The position numbers were made by a program, and so were the translations under genes. From the NCBI GenBank assembly GCA_963924565.1, contig OZ004610.1:29698001-29762000 (forward strand): 64,000 nt of DNA. The letters are read 5' to 3'. Shown in pieces: positions 26,201-41,200 of the stretch; within the stretch, counting starts at the first letter, position 1; each line of letters opens with the position of its first letter. Source of the DNA: Ascidiella aspersa (lineage: Eukaryota). Below the pieces are notes generated by a model that was given only the letters and a program-made list of their open reading frames with translations, was not told the DNA's origin and made no database searches.

Positions 26201-29200
26201 TTGCATGGTTTCTGGCGTGGGGCAAATAAACCGATCAGGAAAAATCAGCGAAATAATCGCAATTTTGTTGTGAAGCGTTGAGCTAGCGTAATGTTTTGTG
26301 AATTAAGGATGCTGGAAGTTATAAGTATGATGCCCATTGCGCCAGTTGTAAGGTTCACACCAATGACTGGACCTCTTTGATAGTGATTTAGTGCAATATA
26401 AATATCCATCTTATTAAAACAGCTATTCCGTTTACAAGCCTCCAATTTATTTAATTATTCCAAAGCAATCTAAACCCAAATATACTTTATTCACCCAATG
26501 ACTTCTGCTTTAGTTTTCGTAACTGCTTGTAAACCCTTTTGCGTCAATTTGTCCCGTTTTAATTAACTACAATTCTGGGACTTAGTGCGTTGCGTGAGCT
26601 GCTTGTATGCAAAAAACTAAAGCCACAGTAAACATTAAAATTGCCGAGACAAATAAGGACTAAGCACCCAGGGTCTATTTTTATACGGTTGCCTCTACAT
26701 ACGCTTTAGGCAGACGCGCGCTACGTACTTTAATGACTAATGACGTGTCAGGAGAACTGGCAATTTTGTTTTTGTTTTCGCTTAAGCCTAATTGCCAAAA
26801 TGTCGTCCGCAAATGCGTGCGCTATTGGACGCTAAAGTTCATACACCCCTGTTAAATTACGCACGGGGCTTTTGGCATTTTTATTTTTGCGCGCGCTAAG
26901 GTTTCCTATGCCAATTTTTGCCATTATCCGACGAGTAAAGGCTGACCTTATATCTAGGGGCGGAAATTGAAAAAAAAAAGATATTTTTTCAAGTTTAGAC
27001 ACGCCCTTTTTTACTTACCCACTTGACTTTTGACATTTCCAGTTTTATCTATGCGCGCGCTAAGATTTCCTGTGCCGCTTTTTGTCATTATCTAGGGGCG
27101 GAAATTAAAAACTGTTAAAATTGAAAAAGGGAAAATTTCCCGATGATAATTTCCTGCCCGTTTCACACTCTTAGGCAAATTGCTATTCACAAAAAAATTA
27201 CTCTTAAGGCCAATTGCTTTCCAAAAAAATAACTTCGAAACTGTTTTGTATTTAGCTGCACGTATTTTGCGCTCGGTGAAACGTGCCCTCGCGTGGCAGA
27301 AAAAGCCATCCATTTAAATTAGAGGGTATAATAATCGCCGATAACAAAAACCCAAACACTTGACTTGTTACTTTTTATCATTTATTTTGACAGTAATCCT
27401 GCCATATATCTCACGATTTGATTTAACCGTTTTTACGACTATTATGTTTAGTCCTGTTTTGGGATTATCCCGAACTGTATTTTAATCCGACGCTGGTGTT
27501 GTTCTTACTTCGGTCTTATGACTGGAGTACGTTATTTTGCCATACATCTCCCGAAAAACATAACCCGAAAAACATAACTTGATTTTTTTACCATTTGTCT
27601 TGACTGTAATTTTGTCATGTATCTCGCAATCTGAGTTGGACATTATTGCGAGTTTGCGACCATCAACTATAAGTCCTATTTTGTGACTATACCGAACTGT
27701 GTTTTATTCCAACCTTGATGTCGTCTTATTTCGGTCTTATGGCTGGAATCCGTTATTCTGCCGTGTATTTCGCGACTGTTGCAGTCGCAGAACGCATGGG
27801 CTCGACAAGCAACAGGCAAAGCAAGCGATTTCCGGGCCTCTCTGCCTGGGTGTATTGCCTGGCTTCTTCGCCTGCCAAAGCCGGGGCCCCCAGAAGCGCA
27901 CGCAATTCGTTCGATCACTCATGCGCGCTTATAGGAAGTCAACGAGGCCCTTTTCCTCCCGGCAATTTCCCTTAAAAGGCGGCGCCGACGACTACGACGA
28001 ATTGGGGGGAGGGGAGGCCTGCCGCTTGCCTGACACTTGGGTCAAAATCTGCTGACTTGGGTGTATGTGAATTGGTCTAGGCCTATTTCTACCGGGTTTC
28101 ACATGCATAGTGTACGCGGGCGTCGTGCTATTTAAATCCTCGACCGTAAACGCGCGTGTTTTTGAGTTTCTGACTATGTTTTGGCGCAGAAAATTATCCA
28201 AGATTTCTTTCGACTGTCAACATTTCTACCCTTTATTGCTAATTGGCTTCGTCCGATCTTATTAGACAACCGGGTATATTTTTTTGCGCTAATTGTGCAC
28301 CGCTTGATGTTTATAGCCGCTTGAAGGTAACTCGTATTTGATTTTGTGAGCCTCTACGTGTGTCGTGTGCGTTTTATTGAATAAAGTAGTTTAAACTTGC
28401 CTCTAAATATAGGCATTTTTACTTTTTTCATTGTTCCATGCCGTTGTGTGTTGTGTTAAACAGCATAGCAGTTTCGCGACTTCGGCAAACCACGTTCGCG
28501 ACTTCGGCAAACCACGATCGCGACTTCTTGTATTGCCTCCTTTCAGTTTTTGTGAGTTTTTGACCGGTTTAGCGCAACTGCGTTATGGACCAGTTACGAA
28601 GGGCAGCCATGATCAACTATTAGCGTGTCAAATCGCGCTCTTCATATGATATGTCGTATAGGGCAACGTTCGGCGGATATCTGAAATCTGTCACATCAGC
28701 TTTTCCTTGCCCCATTTCGCTGGCGCCTCGTCGCACTCAAAGCCTTGTAAAAGCGGGATCAGCTGCCTTTACAAGTGGCCAACGTTGAACGGACATTAGT
28801 TAGTGTTGTCCTCATTTGCACGAAGCAACACAGTGCTATATTTTTTCTCGTGGCATTGTGGTCGTCCTCGGCTCATAGCGAAAGACGGTGCGTAAAAGTG
28901 TAATCCAAAAGAAGCAAAAAACAGGGTAAAATGAAATAGCCGAAAACACGCGTAAGATCACCTTCAAACTCCAAAAATTGGAGAAAAGCTCTCCACTTAA
29001 TCGCAATCAACGAAATCAAGGTCTCGTGCTGTTATGGTCGTCCTCGGCTCTTGTTTCTTAAGCTTGGTGAAGGATGAGCTCCCGAAACGGCGACCGCACC
29101 GTAACGAGTGGTTATCGCCGCCGGCGTTCGAAAATGCAGGCCTCATCCATCCAGAGCCCACCACCACTGGTTTGTTCTCTTATCGCACGCTTGACGCGCC

Positions 29201-32200
29201 ACAACGCAAAAATCCGCCTCCTTTTGCGCCCGCGGCAACACACCACTGCTGAAACGCCGAGCTGGGCCATTTTTTAACTCTAAAAAATTACCGTGAAAAC
29301 TTTAAGTAAGGAACTTCAAGGCCGACCGCCGATTGAAACTTATCAAATACAGTAAAATAATGTTTCAAAGGGCATGGTTGAAACGGGGAGACGTGATTAA
29401 TTAGCCCAACCCATGAATCTCGCAACATTTTTTTGTACAGCTATTCTGCTTATCCGGCTACCCTAGAAGTGTTAAGCACTACAAGGCACAGTTCCTCGGT
29501 GGTTGGTTGCGGATTCTTACCTCCCAGCATCTTCCCTCGGGTTTTTTTGCTTGTTTTTAGGTTTGCAAATCGCAAAGTCGAACATGAAAACGCAGACAAA
29601 GCGAAGGTTTCCTGCTTTAAGTAAATAAGGCGACGAATGGTTTTGGGTTTATACAAAAGTTCTCATGTTTCAGTTGTTGTCGAATATTTTGTCCATGTGT
29701 GCATCCGGTGGTTCTGCCTGCAAAAAAACAAACGATAAACTTTTTAGGGCATAAAAATATTCAATCCAGCTTCAGAAATGACATTTCAGATTTTCCAATC
29801 CCAGGGGTTCGTTGCTTGCCACGTCATTTCTTCAAGGCTAACTTCGTTTGGCCAATTTGAACTTACCATTGTACTTCTATTTGGTTTTAAAAATACTTCT
29901 ACTTCTATTTGGTTTAAAAAACATAATGTGTCGTTAATTAAGCTGCTAATATTAAATATTGAATACACCAACAACGCCCGTCACTGGCTTATTGCTCATT
30001 TCCGCGACGTTTCTGTAGTTCAATATCGAGGAGCGACGCGTACAGCGAAACAATACGTTCATATAAATATACCAATATCCACGTATAGATGTTAAAATAA
30101 AACAGCGAAGCAATTTGCTGCGTTTGTCCATTGACCCACTATAGATGACTGACGATTGATAAGCCATGCCACTGCACGGTGTATCCATTTAGCGGCGACT
30201 ATTTTTACACTGTTTGTTCCATTTTTTAATCTTGTCCGGGTGTGGAAAAAATCTCCAAAGATATACCACATTAATACATGTTAAACGAGTACCCGGGAAA
30301 CAATGCCCAAGCATAAAAACGCTCTATTGTAGTTTAATATGGTATTTAAAGGTAACATAAGTTATGAACGCCTTAACTGTAGCATTAAGAGTCGCACCGA
30401 CCAACTATGCCGCAACTTTTGTTCTTTGTCTGCTTTGAATATTCAGAAACCCCAATATGACTAAATGCGAAAAGCCAAGGCACCGGGCTGAAGAAAGACC
30501 TTAAAATCTTTTGTCGTCGACCTTACAAATGACATACTGATGTCCATTTTCGAACTAACACCGGGGCCTGGATGTAAATCGCATTCAAAACAAACGCGGG
30601 TCAGTAAGTTGGACGGGTGTATGCGATTTGCATAACCTGAAAACGCCGCCATTTGCCATCGCTGAGTTTTAACTTGCATTCAAATGATCAAACCCCGCCC
30701 GCAGCTACAATAGCCACTTCTACACTGCGCTTAGATGACGGCCAAGAATGCGCGAAGGCAATTAACCAAAGTCCATCAGCCACCCGCTTTATCGACCACT
30801 TTGAGCGACCCAATGGTAGACACGGAAGGGTCGTGTATAAGTTTTCCAAATCAGCATTAATGACGTGTAGAAAGCGCAGGCCACTCGAAAAGGCAACAAA
30901 CTGTTGACCGAAGGATCTAAAATACTACACTAAGTCTTGCTGATCTATAGTACATTCGCCAACGCCCCGAAAGGTTATATATAAAATTCAGAAAAACAAG
31001 CCAAAGTCGACCAAAATTAGCGAAAAACGCATAATGAGAAATACAAATGAGAAATGTCCACCAAAGGTTGACCGAAATCAGCAATAAAAAAGGAGTTTAG
31101 AATTTCGTAAAACCAGCTAAGAGTCACCTACATCATCCAAAACACCGAAAAGAGTTGCACAAATCCCCAAAAAACATCCAAAAGAGCCATGTTTTTTCTC
31201 CCGATCGGCGCAAACCCCACAGAAACGCTAGGAATTCATGTAAGGTGTGTGAGCGGCATTCATTCGCTTTGGTCGTGAGAAGAAAACCTGTTAATCGGCC
31301 AGCTGTGAACGTGCGAACGAAGGAATTCTGGCACCGGCCGCTTCGGGGGCAATTAGCGCGTCTGGGACACCTCAGCTGGGCGCTGGCGCACGCGATGGGT
31401 GCCTTATCACGCCCCAACCGTTGACCTTCTGTTCACCGACCGTGTTTTATAGGGTGCCGTGTGTTACGTGCAATTGGCACGGCTATATGCGTGTCTATGT
31501 ATTGTCGAGCTATTTTATGGTGGGATTTTGCAAATTAGTTGGCCGATTGTCCTGTGGTTTGATGGCGTAAGGTATTTTTTGCGGTTGAAACAATTCAACC
31601 TGCGCCATTTTGACTTGATCAGGCAGCTTCAATGTACACAGGTCCGCGATCAATTTGTTTCAATCTTTAAAGTTTAGCTACATACCTTTTAGAAAAAAGA
31701 CTTGATAAGCCAATATTCGTCGATTTTATGATAAACCTTCTTGGATATGAAATGGTTGTCTCGTCGGCAAATCGTTCTTTCCTTGGACCAATCGCGTCGT
31801 TCGAGGGCATCATTATGACGTCACATCCACCTGGGTGTCGTCACGTTTCAATGGGTCTTGCGCCAATCAATGGTATTGCGTGACCGTAGGCATGTCAAAC
31901 GATTGTTGCTCAACGCCTTAAAACATCAAAGCTTTCTGCATCGGGTTATCCAGAAGTTAGCGCCCTAAAACGCATTGGCTGGACTTTTTTGTATATAATC
32001 ATACCTAAACGATTGTGTTTTTCTTTAAAGTGCCAATTTAGAAAACACAAGAAGAATTTTAATTTCGGATTTAGTTTAAATTTCCTAGGGTTATCTCGTG
32101 GGACAAAATTGCATTTTTCCATTTTTTGTGAGCCATAAGCGACGGCGTCTTCGCGAATCTTCAGGGACTCAAAACAAGCGCGCTTTAAAATTAGTGCGCT

Positions 32201-35200
32201 GACCTTCGTAAATTTCGGGCCGCGTCTCGCCTTGTGTATAATTCGCTGCAAAAGGCCGATGGCAGCGCTGTGTTCCCCTCCCAAGGCAAGTCCCCAGGGC
32301 CCGTGGAGCAAAATTGTCGGGTCGCCTCGAGACGCATATTTCCATCGTCGTTTTCGCTCCGGCGCCAGTTGCGCGCTCCCCAGGGAACCTTTTTGATCCC
32401 GCGGGAAAATACCCCTCGAATTGCCGCAGAATCAAAATCTCGGTTCGGGGCCCTTGGCTGCACGATCAATCCTGCTTTTTTTCCACCGGGCGCTTTCTGG
32501 GACCGGGCAATCGTAATGAAAAGCCATTAGCGGCTCCCACGGCGCCCCGGGCCCCGGGACGCCCGCCTATTCCCACAGAACCTGCTCGCTCGTGCGCTCC
32601 CGCCGCTTTGTTTCCTTGTTGCGCCGCGCTCTCCCCCCATATCCTGCCCACGGCATTTCGCGGCATACGGTAGGATGCCTCCCACCAACGCGCCGTTGTT
32701 GCGTTGTCCCCGCGGCACCCGCGCCGCCGCTGCTTTATGTTTAGTGTTTTTGAGTGTGTGTTTAATGAACGCCCCCCCTTTGCCTGAAGCTTGCCCGCCA
32801 CCGGCGTCTGCTGGGAATTGGGATTTTTTTGTTTTTCTACAAATTTGTTGACTATGTAGTTGGGACGAAAGCGTCTGAAAGTTTGTCTTTTTATATATGA
32901 ATATCACTCGATTGTTGCGTACACAATGCACGGATCTGTAATGTAGCTTGATAATGAATTGCGAAGCCAAAAAGGTCGAGATCGACATCATCTTATTTAT
33001 TAGGTTGTTTCGATACGAGCTTGTATCATTTTCAGTTAATGTCAATAGATTCTGGTATTAAAATTTTCGCACAGGTTGACTCTTACCTAAAAAATCCTGC
33101 ATGTATCAAGCCTGTTTAAATCGATGGCGTTTGTATGCCGTCTATAAAGCTGTTAGGAGTCGTTTGCAAAACCTCGCCCTCTTTTCAAACCCTGCTTCCG
33201 CTCTTATTTCCCAGTTCTCGCCCCTTCGCCAGCTTACACTGCCACAAGAAATAGACCTCAACAGCTTTCGCTTATCGCAAGAGGTAGTTTGCATTTCAAA
33301 ACATGGCTTTTTCAAACTCGTATTTGCCCTTTAGGAAATATGACCGACATCCTTCGTCGGTGCACATAGCCACTTAAATGACAGCCCCATCATTTACCCT
33401 CTTTTTATAATATTTTCACATGATTGTTCAAACCTAATTAGACAAGGGTAACCTTGCGCGTTGTCCGAGCTAACCTGTCCAATCTGTCGCCATTTCAATG
33501 GTCGAAAATCCGGTTTATTGCTCAGAAGGTTAATAACGCAACGCAGTGCGCGTTGTACAGAGTGAGCCCGATCGCCCGTTAAACCTACAACAACAGGCCA
33601 ACTACAGCTGGGCGTGGATTGTTGTTGTGACAACAAACGGCTGTTGAAACCGAAAATTCCGAATCCTTAGCGATATTAATTGTCGATTTGTCAGCGAACC
33701 ACGACCCGCTTTCCGGAAACAAATGCAAACCTATGTTGACCGCTTTGTTTCGTTACGGAAAGCTTAGTTTCCTATTTGCTTTTGCCATCGTGCGAATTTA
33801 CTATTTTTAGTTAATTCGTCAGTTGCTGATCACCGTCGCCTTTTAAGATTAAATTGTTAGACTTTCTCAACGAAAAACTAATTGTCTGAGGTTTAATATT
33901 TTTGGACAAATATAACAACAAATTCATTAAAAAGGGGTCTATTCTTTAACAAAGAAAAACGGTCATTTCTTCAGTAAAGAGTAAAATAAACATTAAAATA
34001 TGTCATATTAAAACACGGAAACAAGAGTTACTGCGCATTTAAAACCACCTCCTACCATACAATGCAAAATCGTGCTTAGGAATCCCTTTCACGTCGTGAG
34101 TTCAAAACGCTCCATTTCACCACAGTGCAGAGCATTGGACCCACTACTTCACTTATGACCGCATTATACACATTGCTATTTCGAGCCGGCGCATTGTTAA
34201 AGACGTCCCCTTTCACTTAAACAGGTAGCGGCCTCTCCACGGCACGTCGCCATTCAATGTTAATTTCTCGCTCATGTCAACCCTTTTCCGACTTATGACT
34301 CGCTTCAAACGCCACTTGTCCTTATTTAAATCGCATTCAAATCTATTTACAACGGCCGACGCTACCAATATCCCGGTACGCTTGCCTTGGCATCTGCGTC
34401 AACTTTGTTGAACTTTTATTGGAGATTATGTCTCGGGGTTTCAAATAAGGTTGCCCTTAATTGCTAATCCCTGATGTCTATTTTTGCTTTGCCAATAGCG
34501 TTTTACCTCCAACTGACAATGTTCAATCAATGGGGAAATGAATATTCGATATAAGGCTGGCGCACATCACCGAAACCATTTATTGCGTGTTAAGTGCGAA
34601 TCGATGTAAATTCACAAACCATTCGATCAGTTTCACTACACAGGTGCCACCATTTCCTGTCCGTTGGGGCGTGGCGCGTTCAGGGGGGGGGCAGCAGCTC
34701 CCCCCCCACACAAGCTAAACAATGACGTCACCGTTTTTTCAGCGTCTCTGTCCGGGGGTACTCTGGCTCCCGGCTCTAACCCACTTAGAGCACCCAAGCG
34801 TTAACTGAGTAGGCCCACTCGGTTGCTATCTCAAACAGCGGGGAGCAACCGTCGACGCGAAATAGCCGGCCCGATTTCGCGGCCATTTCAAAAGTGGCCC
34901 GCACCCTTATTCACTCAGTTTTCCGGCCGTTATGCGGACATTTTCAATCGTAGCGTACAACAGTATGAACAAAAGGGAGCACGCCGTTTATGAAGCGTCC
35001 TTACTAGCATTGGTGAACGTGAGCAAAAAAACATGATCAAAACAGTGAGGCTTGCATTTTTTAGTTTATAAGCAGACTGATCTGTGCAACCCGCTGATTT
35101 CAACCCTCCTAAGTAGGACGTTCGGGGATAAGCTCTGTTGTTGAACAGTGTTGGGTATCGTGTCGTTTTGCTGTGTTTTTTTAAAGATTACTGTAATACA

Positions 35201-38200
35201 CAAAAGTACCAGCGGAAAAGTGGAAAAAATAATTTACTGTACTATTTGGGCGCGCGTGAAACACAACCTCTCGTCCTCCTATACTTTTTTTCTGTAAGAT
35301 TTAACATTCGATTTTGACGACATGGTATCAATAGGGGTTGAAGTACACCATTCATTTCTACCTGTCCGAAAATTAGCCCAAACTTCAACAAATCGTTTAA
35401 TATTTTGTTTTAATGAAGTTAAGCCAACTATTTGTCGTTTACTGGGTGGGTTGTTGTTTTTGTTCGTTTTGCTTCGTGCATCGCAAAAAAGACCTAACAA
35501 GCCAATATTGTTTGCTTTCGAGCTTCACTGAGACACCATCGACACCATCGACCCTAACTGCTTTACCCTAATTCGCCATGCGGAAAATATTAATTAAAAT
35601 CTGCGAAAATCGATATTTTTTCATATCGGCTTTGTGTCTAGGGGGATGAATTTCGGTCCCAACAGCTGCCCCTGATAACTGTCGATCGCACACATTAGGT
35701 TTCCGAGTCCATTTTTCACCCTAAGCCAGTTGTTCTCAATCTGAGCAGATTCTTTTTTTAAGTGTTACTGAGTGATAATAAATCATTTAAAAGCTTGTGT
35801 CTAGTAAGAAGTATTCTATGGTTAGAAATTCAAAGTAAGTTTTTGACTGTGATGTTTCCTGGTGTGAAACTGATTGCATCCAGCACTTTCAAATGCGCAA
35901 AAAGGGCCGCCATGTAAAAAAAATTGAAAATCACTGCTTTCACAAATCGTGATGTTCGTCCCACGTCCCAAAAGGGTTCAAGCCATGAATAGCGTCAATA
36001 GGGGGCTCAGGCTGCTGCCGACGAACGATTGTAGTTGTAGGCAGACAGTAAGGGCTCAGCGAATGATGCGACAATGTCCGGCGTTATGCCGCAGATAGCG
36101 GCTTGGATTTCAATCAAGGCCCGCTGTAATTCTTGGCTCAGGCTCGATTGTGCCTTATCGGGAATTGTCGCGGCTGTTTCGCTCATTCATTGTAACTCGG
36201 GTGACGTTGTTCCGCCCCTCCTGTTGAACACTGTTGGGTTGATAGTAGTGCGTGATGTCTGGGCCCTCTGACTGGGCTACCTTTTCAGCACTAAATGACG
36301 TCTGTAATATTTTTTTGGTTTACCTCAATCTCATTTACATTGCGATTACCTTTGTCTGCAAAGATACTTCGATTGCTTAGTTTTTGTTAAAACGTGGCAA
36401 AATTACGCTTTGAAACTCGTGTCGCAGCAGTTTTGCGCAGTCGTTATATTTTTTGCATAACAGTAGTACGCTAAACCAACCCCAAAACGAGCATAAAAAA
36501 AACAATGTTTAGCTCTCGCCATGTTAAGGTATGATACGTCCTAATGCGTCGTCTCTATCCCATTACCTCGCAATCTATAGTTGGCCAAATCGCAGACGTA
36601 AAAAACTGTGACATTCTTATTCCGGAACAGCAGTTTTGTGCTGAAGGGCGCCGCAAAGGTAGCTTGTAAAAGAAAATTATAAAAAGGTCGCTTGTACCCT
36701 CATGGAAGGTTGGTTCACACCATAGACGCGTTTTGCTTTAGCGTCTGGCGCAAAACGCTAGCGTCGTCCAGTTTACACATAACGCATTGCCAGCGTAATC
36801 GACAAATTTCCTTGCTTCTAAACGAAAGCGTCAAAGTTAAAATATTTCAGGTTTACGTAACCAAAAGCGATTTTAAAAACGTTTATACGTTAATTCCAGG
36901 CGCGTCCAGTGTGAACCGACATGAAATTCTGCGAGATTCCAATTTTCCAGCGCAATATGGTATTCTGATTTTTCACTGTTTTTACCGTGTTCCTGAACAT
37001 CATTAGGAAAGGCAAAGTTTTTGCGTATTTACATCGATAAGTCGCAAAGCGAGCACAAACCATTAAATAGTTTAGCTTGTACCCTGAGTACTGTTAACAG
37101 CAGGCTACAGCAGGTCGCTGACGCCCTGCGGCGGTCACCGGCGGCCCGAACCAGTTTGAACCGGATTGCGCTGAACCCCACGGGCGCCCGTTCGGTGATT
37201 TACGAGCGAATGCGCCAAATTGCGGCCCGACGAATTGGCCCCGGGGTCCTGCGGACAAGAAAACGCCAAAGACCTCGTCGAATCGATAGCGGCGCCTCGC
37301 CTTCATTATCCCGTTGCTCGACATAAAAAAGTGGTTAAATGTGCCATTTATCAAAGGGGACGAGTACTCTTTCGTGTTTTGGGCTTGCGGGAATGCGCGT
37401 ATGATAAAAAAGAAAATATTGTCTTATTGCATTTGTATTGCAAAAGGCTAGAGTTTTCAAAAGCACGTTGCTTCCCCATACCTCATACATTCCTGTTTTC
37501 CCTTTCAGCCCCAAAATGGACTTAACTTGTCAACATTGCTTGTATGTAGTGCAGTGGCTTAGTGCAATGCAGTATTTTTGATTTCACGGGAAACGCACTC
37601 ATTTTGCGTGTTTTGCTATAATAAACCGCAGGGACTTCTAGAAGTGAAAGGGTATTGTTGAGACCAGTTTAGGACACGTCAAGCTACCTCCTGTGTTAGG
37701 GTTCAATCGAATAATAAGGAAGCGTATTTTTCCTGTCTGTTATTTTCTGGCGTAAAAACCCTGCCTTCGTTTACAGCCACGGACCGAAGCTTAACAAAAC
37801 GTCGAAGTCCGTTTCGTTTATTTAAGTTCAAACGCGTTTAGTGGCTGTCCACGAACTCTGACTGAGTGTCGCAGTTTGTTTCGTCCATCACACCCAGTTA
37901 GCCTCTCGCCAACTCCACTATACTACTTTAATATAGCTTGCTTAACGTATAAAAGGAAATTGGTAACGCCTAAACAGTAAACAGGGTAACAAGGTACATT
38001 TCGAAACGGGCTTGCCGAATTAGCACGCGTGACGCATGACATACTATAATCAGTGTGACACCTATCGTTGTCATAAACGCAAGATCAACGCTACTTTACA
38101 TGGGTACACCAGCGGTAAAGTTTTCTTGAACCACGATTTTTACCATTATGCGAGTTTGCTTATTAGTTCCAATTCGACAATGAATAAAAAATCAATCCTT

Positions 38201-41200
38201 CCGCTGTAGAAACGGAGCTGGTGTCAGCCACGGTCGTTCCAGAGAGAGATTGTACAATAACGTGTATCTGTATTGTGTATATACGGTGCGCAACACTTTT
38301 AGACGCGGCCAAACAGGACAGTTAGGTTTTCTGGGTTCTCCCGCAAATCTCAAAATACACCAAAATAGTTTGTATCTACCGTGGCGCGTTTATTCACTGA
38401 AGCTGTCAAACGTGGTGGTTGCCGCCACTAAGCACATATCCCAGATCATTACTACGACTGACTTAATCGCAAAAACGAGCAAACTGCATTGGGCGACCGT
38501 AAGCAATTGAATTTGCGGCCATTGTTCGCTTCTCGAAACTCCTGTACCCTTGATTTCGCGTTCTTATTCCCATTTTCCCGCCTCGACCGCCAATGGGGGT
38601 TTTAGATTGGAAATACCGCTGTGTTTTTTTCATGCGGATATAACCGCCCAGATGGTTATGTCATATTCGTGGGTGCCTTTAGAGTTGATTGTTCTTTGAC
38701 CTTGGTAAATATAGAGCTCGGTATATCGCAGATTTTTGACTGTTACATAGTAAAACGTTCCAAGACGATTGTTATTGTAATAAGTGCACCACAGCTGAGC
38801 AATTCACCCACTTTGCTAACATGGTTTGCCTGATGTTGGTTTAGTTAATGATATAGTAATGGCGTAGTTGTGTGCTGCCCACTGCTAAAAGCAGCCCGCG
38901 TAGGGAAGAACATCAACACTATTGTGTTTTCTCAGTCAATAACTCGCTCACGGGTATATAAGGTGACCAGTGTGCCGCAAATACGAAATACGCTACAAGA
39001 AGGAATAAACAAACGTTTCTTCCGGGAAAACTACTAAGGGCGTTGTAGTCTGGCCCACAGCGGAAACGACGTAATTCGCTGTCGGCAATGGTCGCAAAAG
39101 TAAAATCAAATTTTAAAGTCTTTACTTCCTGACATTCGCATTGCACGATAATCAGAAAACAACTTTTCCAAAAGCATTCAGTGTATACTTAATTTGTATC
39201 GTTTTCGTTGGTCAGTACGACTCCAGAAGGGCTTGATTACAAATTATACACAAATTGTATAATAAAGGTTTAACTGTAGAGAACTTAAAAATCCAAAATC
39301 AGTTTGTTTGGACGTTATATGATAAATATATTTCGATATTAAAAGCATCATCAGAATCTTAATTAGAGTGAATGATTCATTGATGCGCAACCAGAATCGT
39401 TTGTTTTCACCAATCGGATTCAGACAGATTCTGCTATTCGAAATAAAATTCTAATTGTATAATGTTGTGGAGCATAATGGTTGGAGATTGTAGTAATACG
39501 TAATAAGAATACCAGAGCCCATAAAGAAGTAGGTTTCATTTTGAACGTTTCGAATAACTCTTTATTCATTTAAAAAAGATTTTTTTGTTTGAAACGTCCA
39601 AAATGATACCTACTTCTGTACGGGCTTTGTTATTCTTGTTACATACAATGTTATTTTTCAGCTTCTTTCTAACATAGTTAAAAAATAAACTTTTTCCATA
39701 CAGCATGTACACTTAAAACCTACCCTTTTTCAAACCTCATGTTTATTTTTTGCACAGGTGATGTGCTCTGCTTGCTACCTCCAGATCCCCTACGTGGTCG
39801 AGAAGTGCCAGGAGTTTATCAGCACCCACGGTCACGTGCCCCAGCAGGTGCCGTCCCTACAGGCCCTTGGGGGTCACTTGGCCTCCTCGGCCGCCGCAAA
39901 CCCCGGCCAGCAGACCCAACAGCAGCGGTCCTACTCCAAGCAAAGCACGGCGCAACAGGTTAGTGGTTTGATTTATGCGCGATTATTAAATCCGAGGTTC
40001 AGAAAACTAATTCTAGTTTGTTGGCATTTTGTAAAGTTTCAAAATCGTACAAGTCAAAACCTCTCTGCAAAGAATTTTCCTAATGCTCTATTGTCTTTCT
40101 GTCAAATAAGGTTTAAAAATACCATTTTCAATTCAATCATACTCTTAGTTTACCTCATTATCTGTATTTATTTTGGTGTTGCACCAACTTCAAAGATAAT
40201 TGCCAACCTGTTTTTTTTATCAAGTTGTGTTTATTGGCGTGCTTGACCATTTACAATCGGAAAGTTAACTGAAGTGGATTTTCTCCTTTAAAGTGTCAAG
40301 TGCTGTTCCTAAATTCACGAACTATATATGATTTTTTTTAATTTCATCAACACACACCAACTTTTTCATGTGTGTTGCTTGACACTTATTGGGCCAATGA
40401 TTACGAGGCCTTCGGAGCATTGCGATGTTTATACCATATTGTATTTGCGTTTAATGTAAAGTTAGTTTTGAGGCATTTCCGTGTTGGCGTCAGAAGTGTT
40501 GTTTCACGATTTGTGGGATGTGTTTGCGTCTTACGCCTTATCCAATTAGTACACATATCATTTCAAATTGGGGCCGCTGATGAATCCCAAAATGTCTGTC
40601 GATTTTCAACAGTTTTTAGGATCAGTGGACTGCAGCACACAACTCAAGCAAATGCTCAAAAAAATAGCCACTATTAAATCGTCACTGCTACCAAACCGCA
40701 CTCAGTGGCCTCACCCAGCCAGACGCCGTCCTATACTTTGCCTGCCGACACCCACGCCCAAGCATCATAGGGTTATTTATGATTATAACGGCGGCGTGCA
40801 TATGAGTAAAAAAAAACGCCGTCCGCTTTAATAATTAATGGCTACTTATGGGGCCGGCAACGCAGTAATGACTCGGGCCATTCGGGTTCATTCGGGTTCA
40901 CATTCCGACGCCGGGCCACATACGGGTACTTTGTTGTGGTGTACATTGCCCTTCGTCGCACCGAATTCTGGGTTCAATCGCAGGCGAAACGATGCTGCGT
41001 TGGGGGCTTAACGCCTGTAGCGACCCTATCTAAAATAGACATCGTTATACCTGTCCCAAATCCATTCATAAAGAACAGTGGTTCACACACGCCGTTTACG
41101 ACCCTTCTTTATGCTGTCACTTTACGGGTATAGAAATGGATAAGTTGAAAAGCTCGGCGTATTTTTAGAAAACAATGATCCGAATTTTTTGTTGAATCTT

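Larger units (their letters stand above)
8976..39757 (+). other. 30,782-nt intron inside the BTB domain
   Basis: GT at 8976, AG at 39756-39757; the BTB helix sequence continues seamlessly across it (STVMQ|VMCSACYLQ). Confidence 0.9.

Noticed and set aside
32527-33045. 172-aa ORF, the longest in the track, and overlapping ORFs in the GC islands at 15.2-15.9 and 17.5-18.8 kb
   Set aside because: Non-ATG starts, low-complexity R/G/A content, no domain motif and no consistent splice sites; expected by chance in GC-rich DNA
39959-40246. Extension of the exon 4 ORF to 162 aa
   Set aside because: AT-rich intron-like sequence after a good donor; hydrophobic translation without motif
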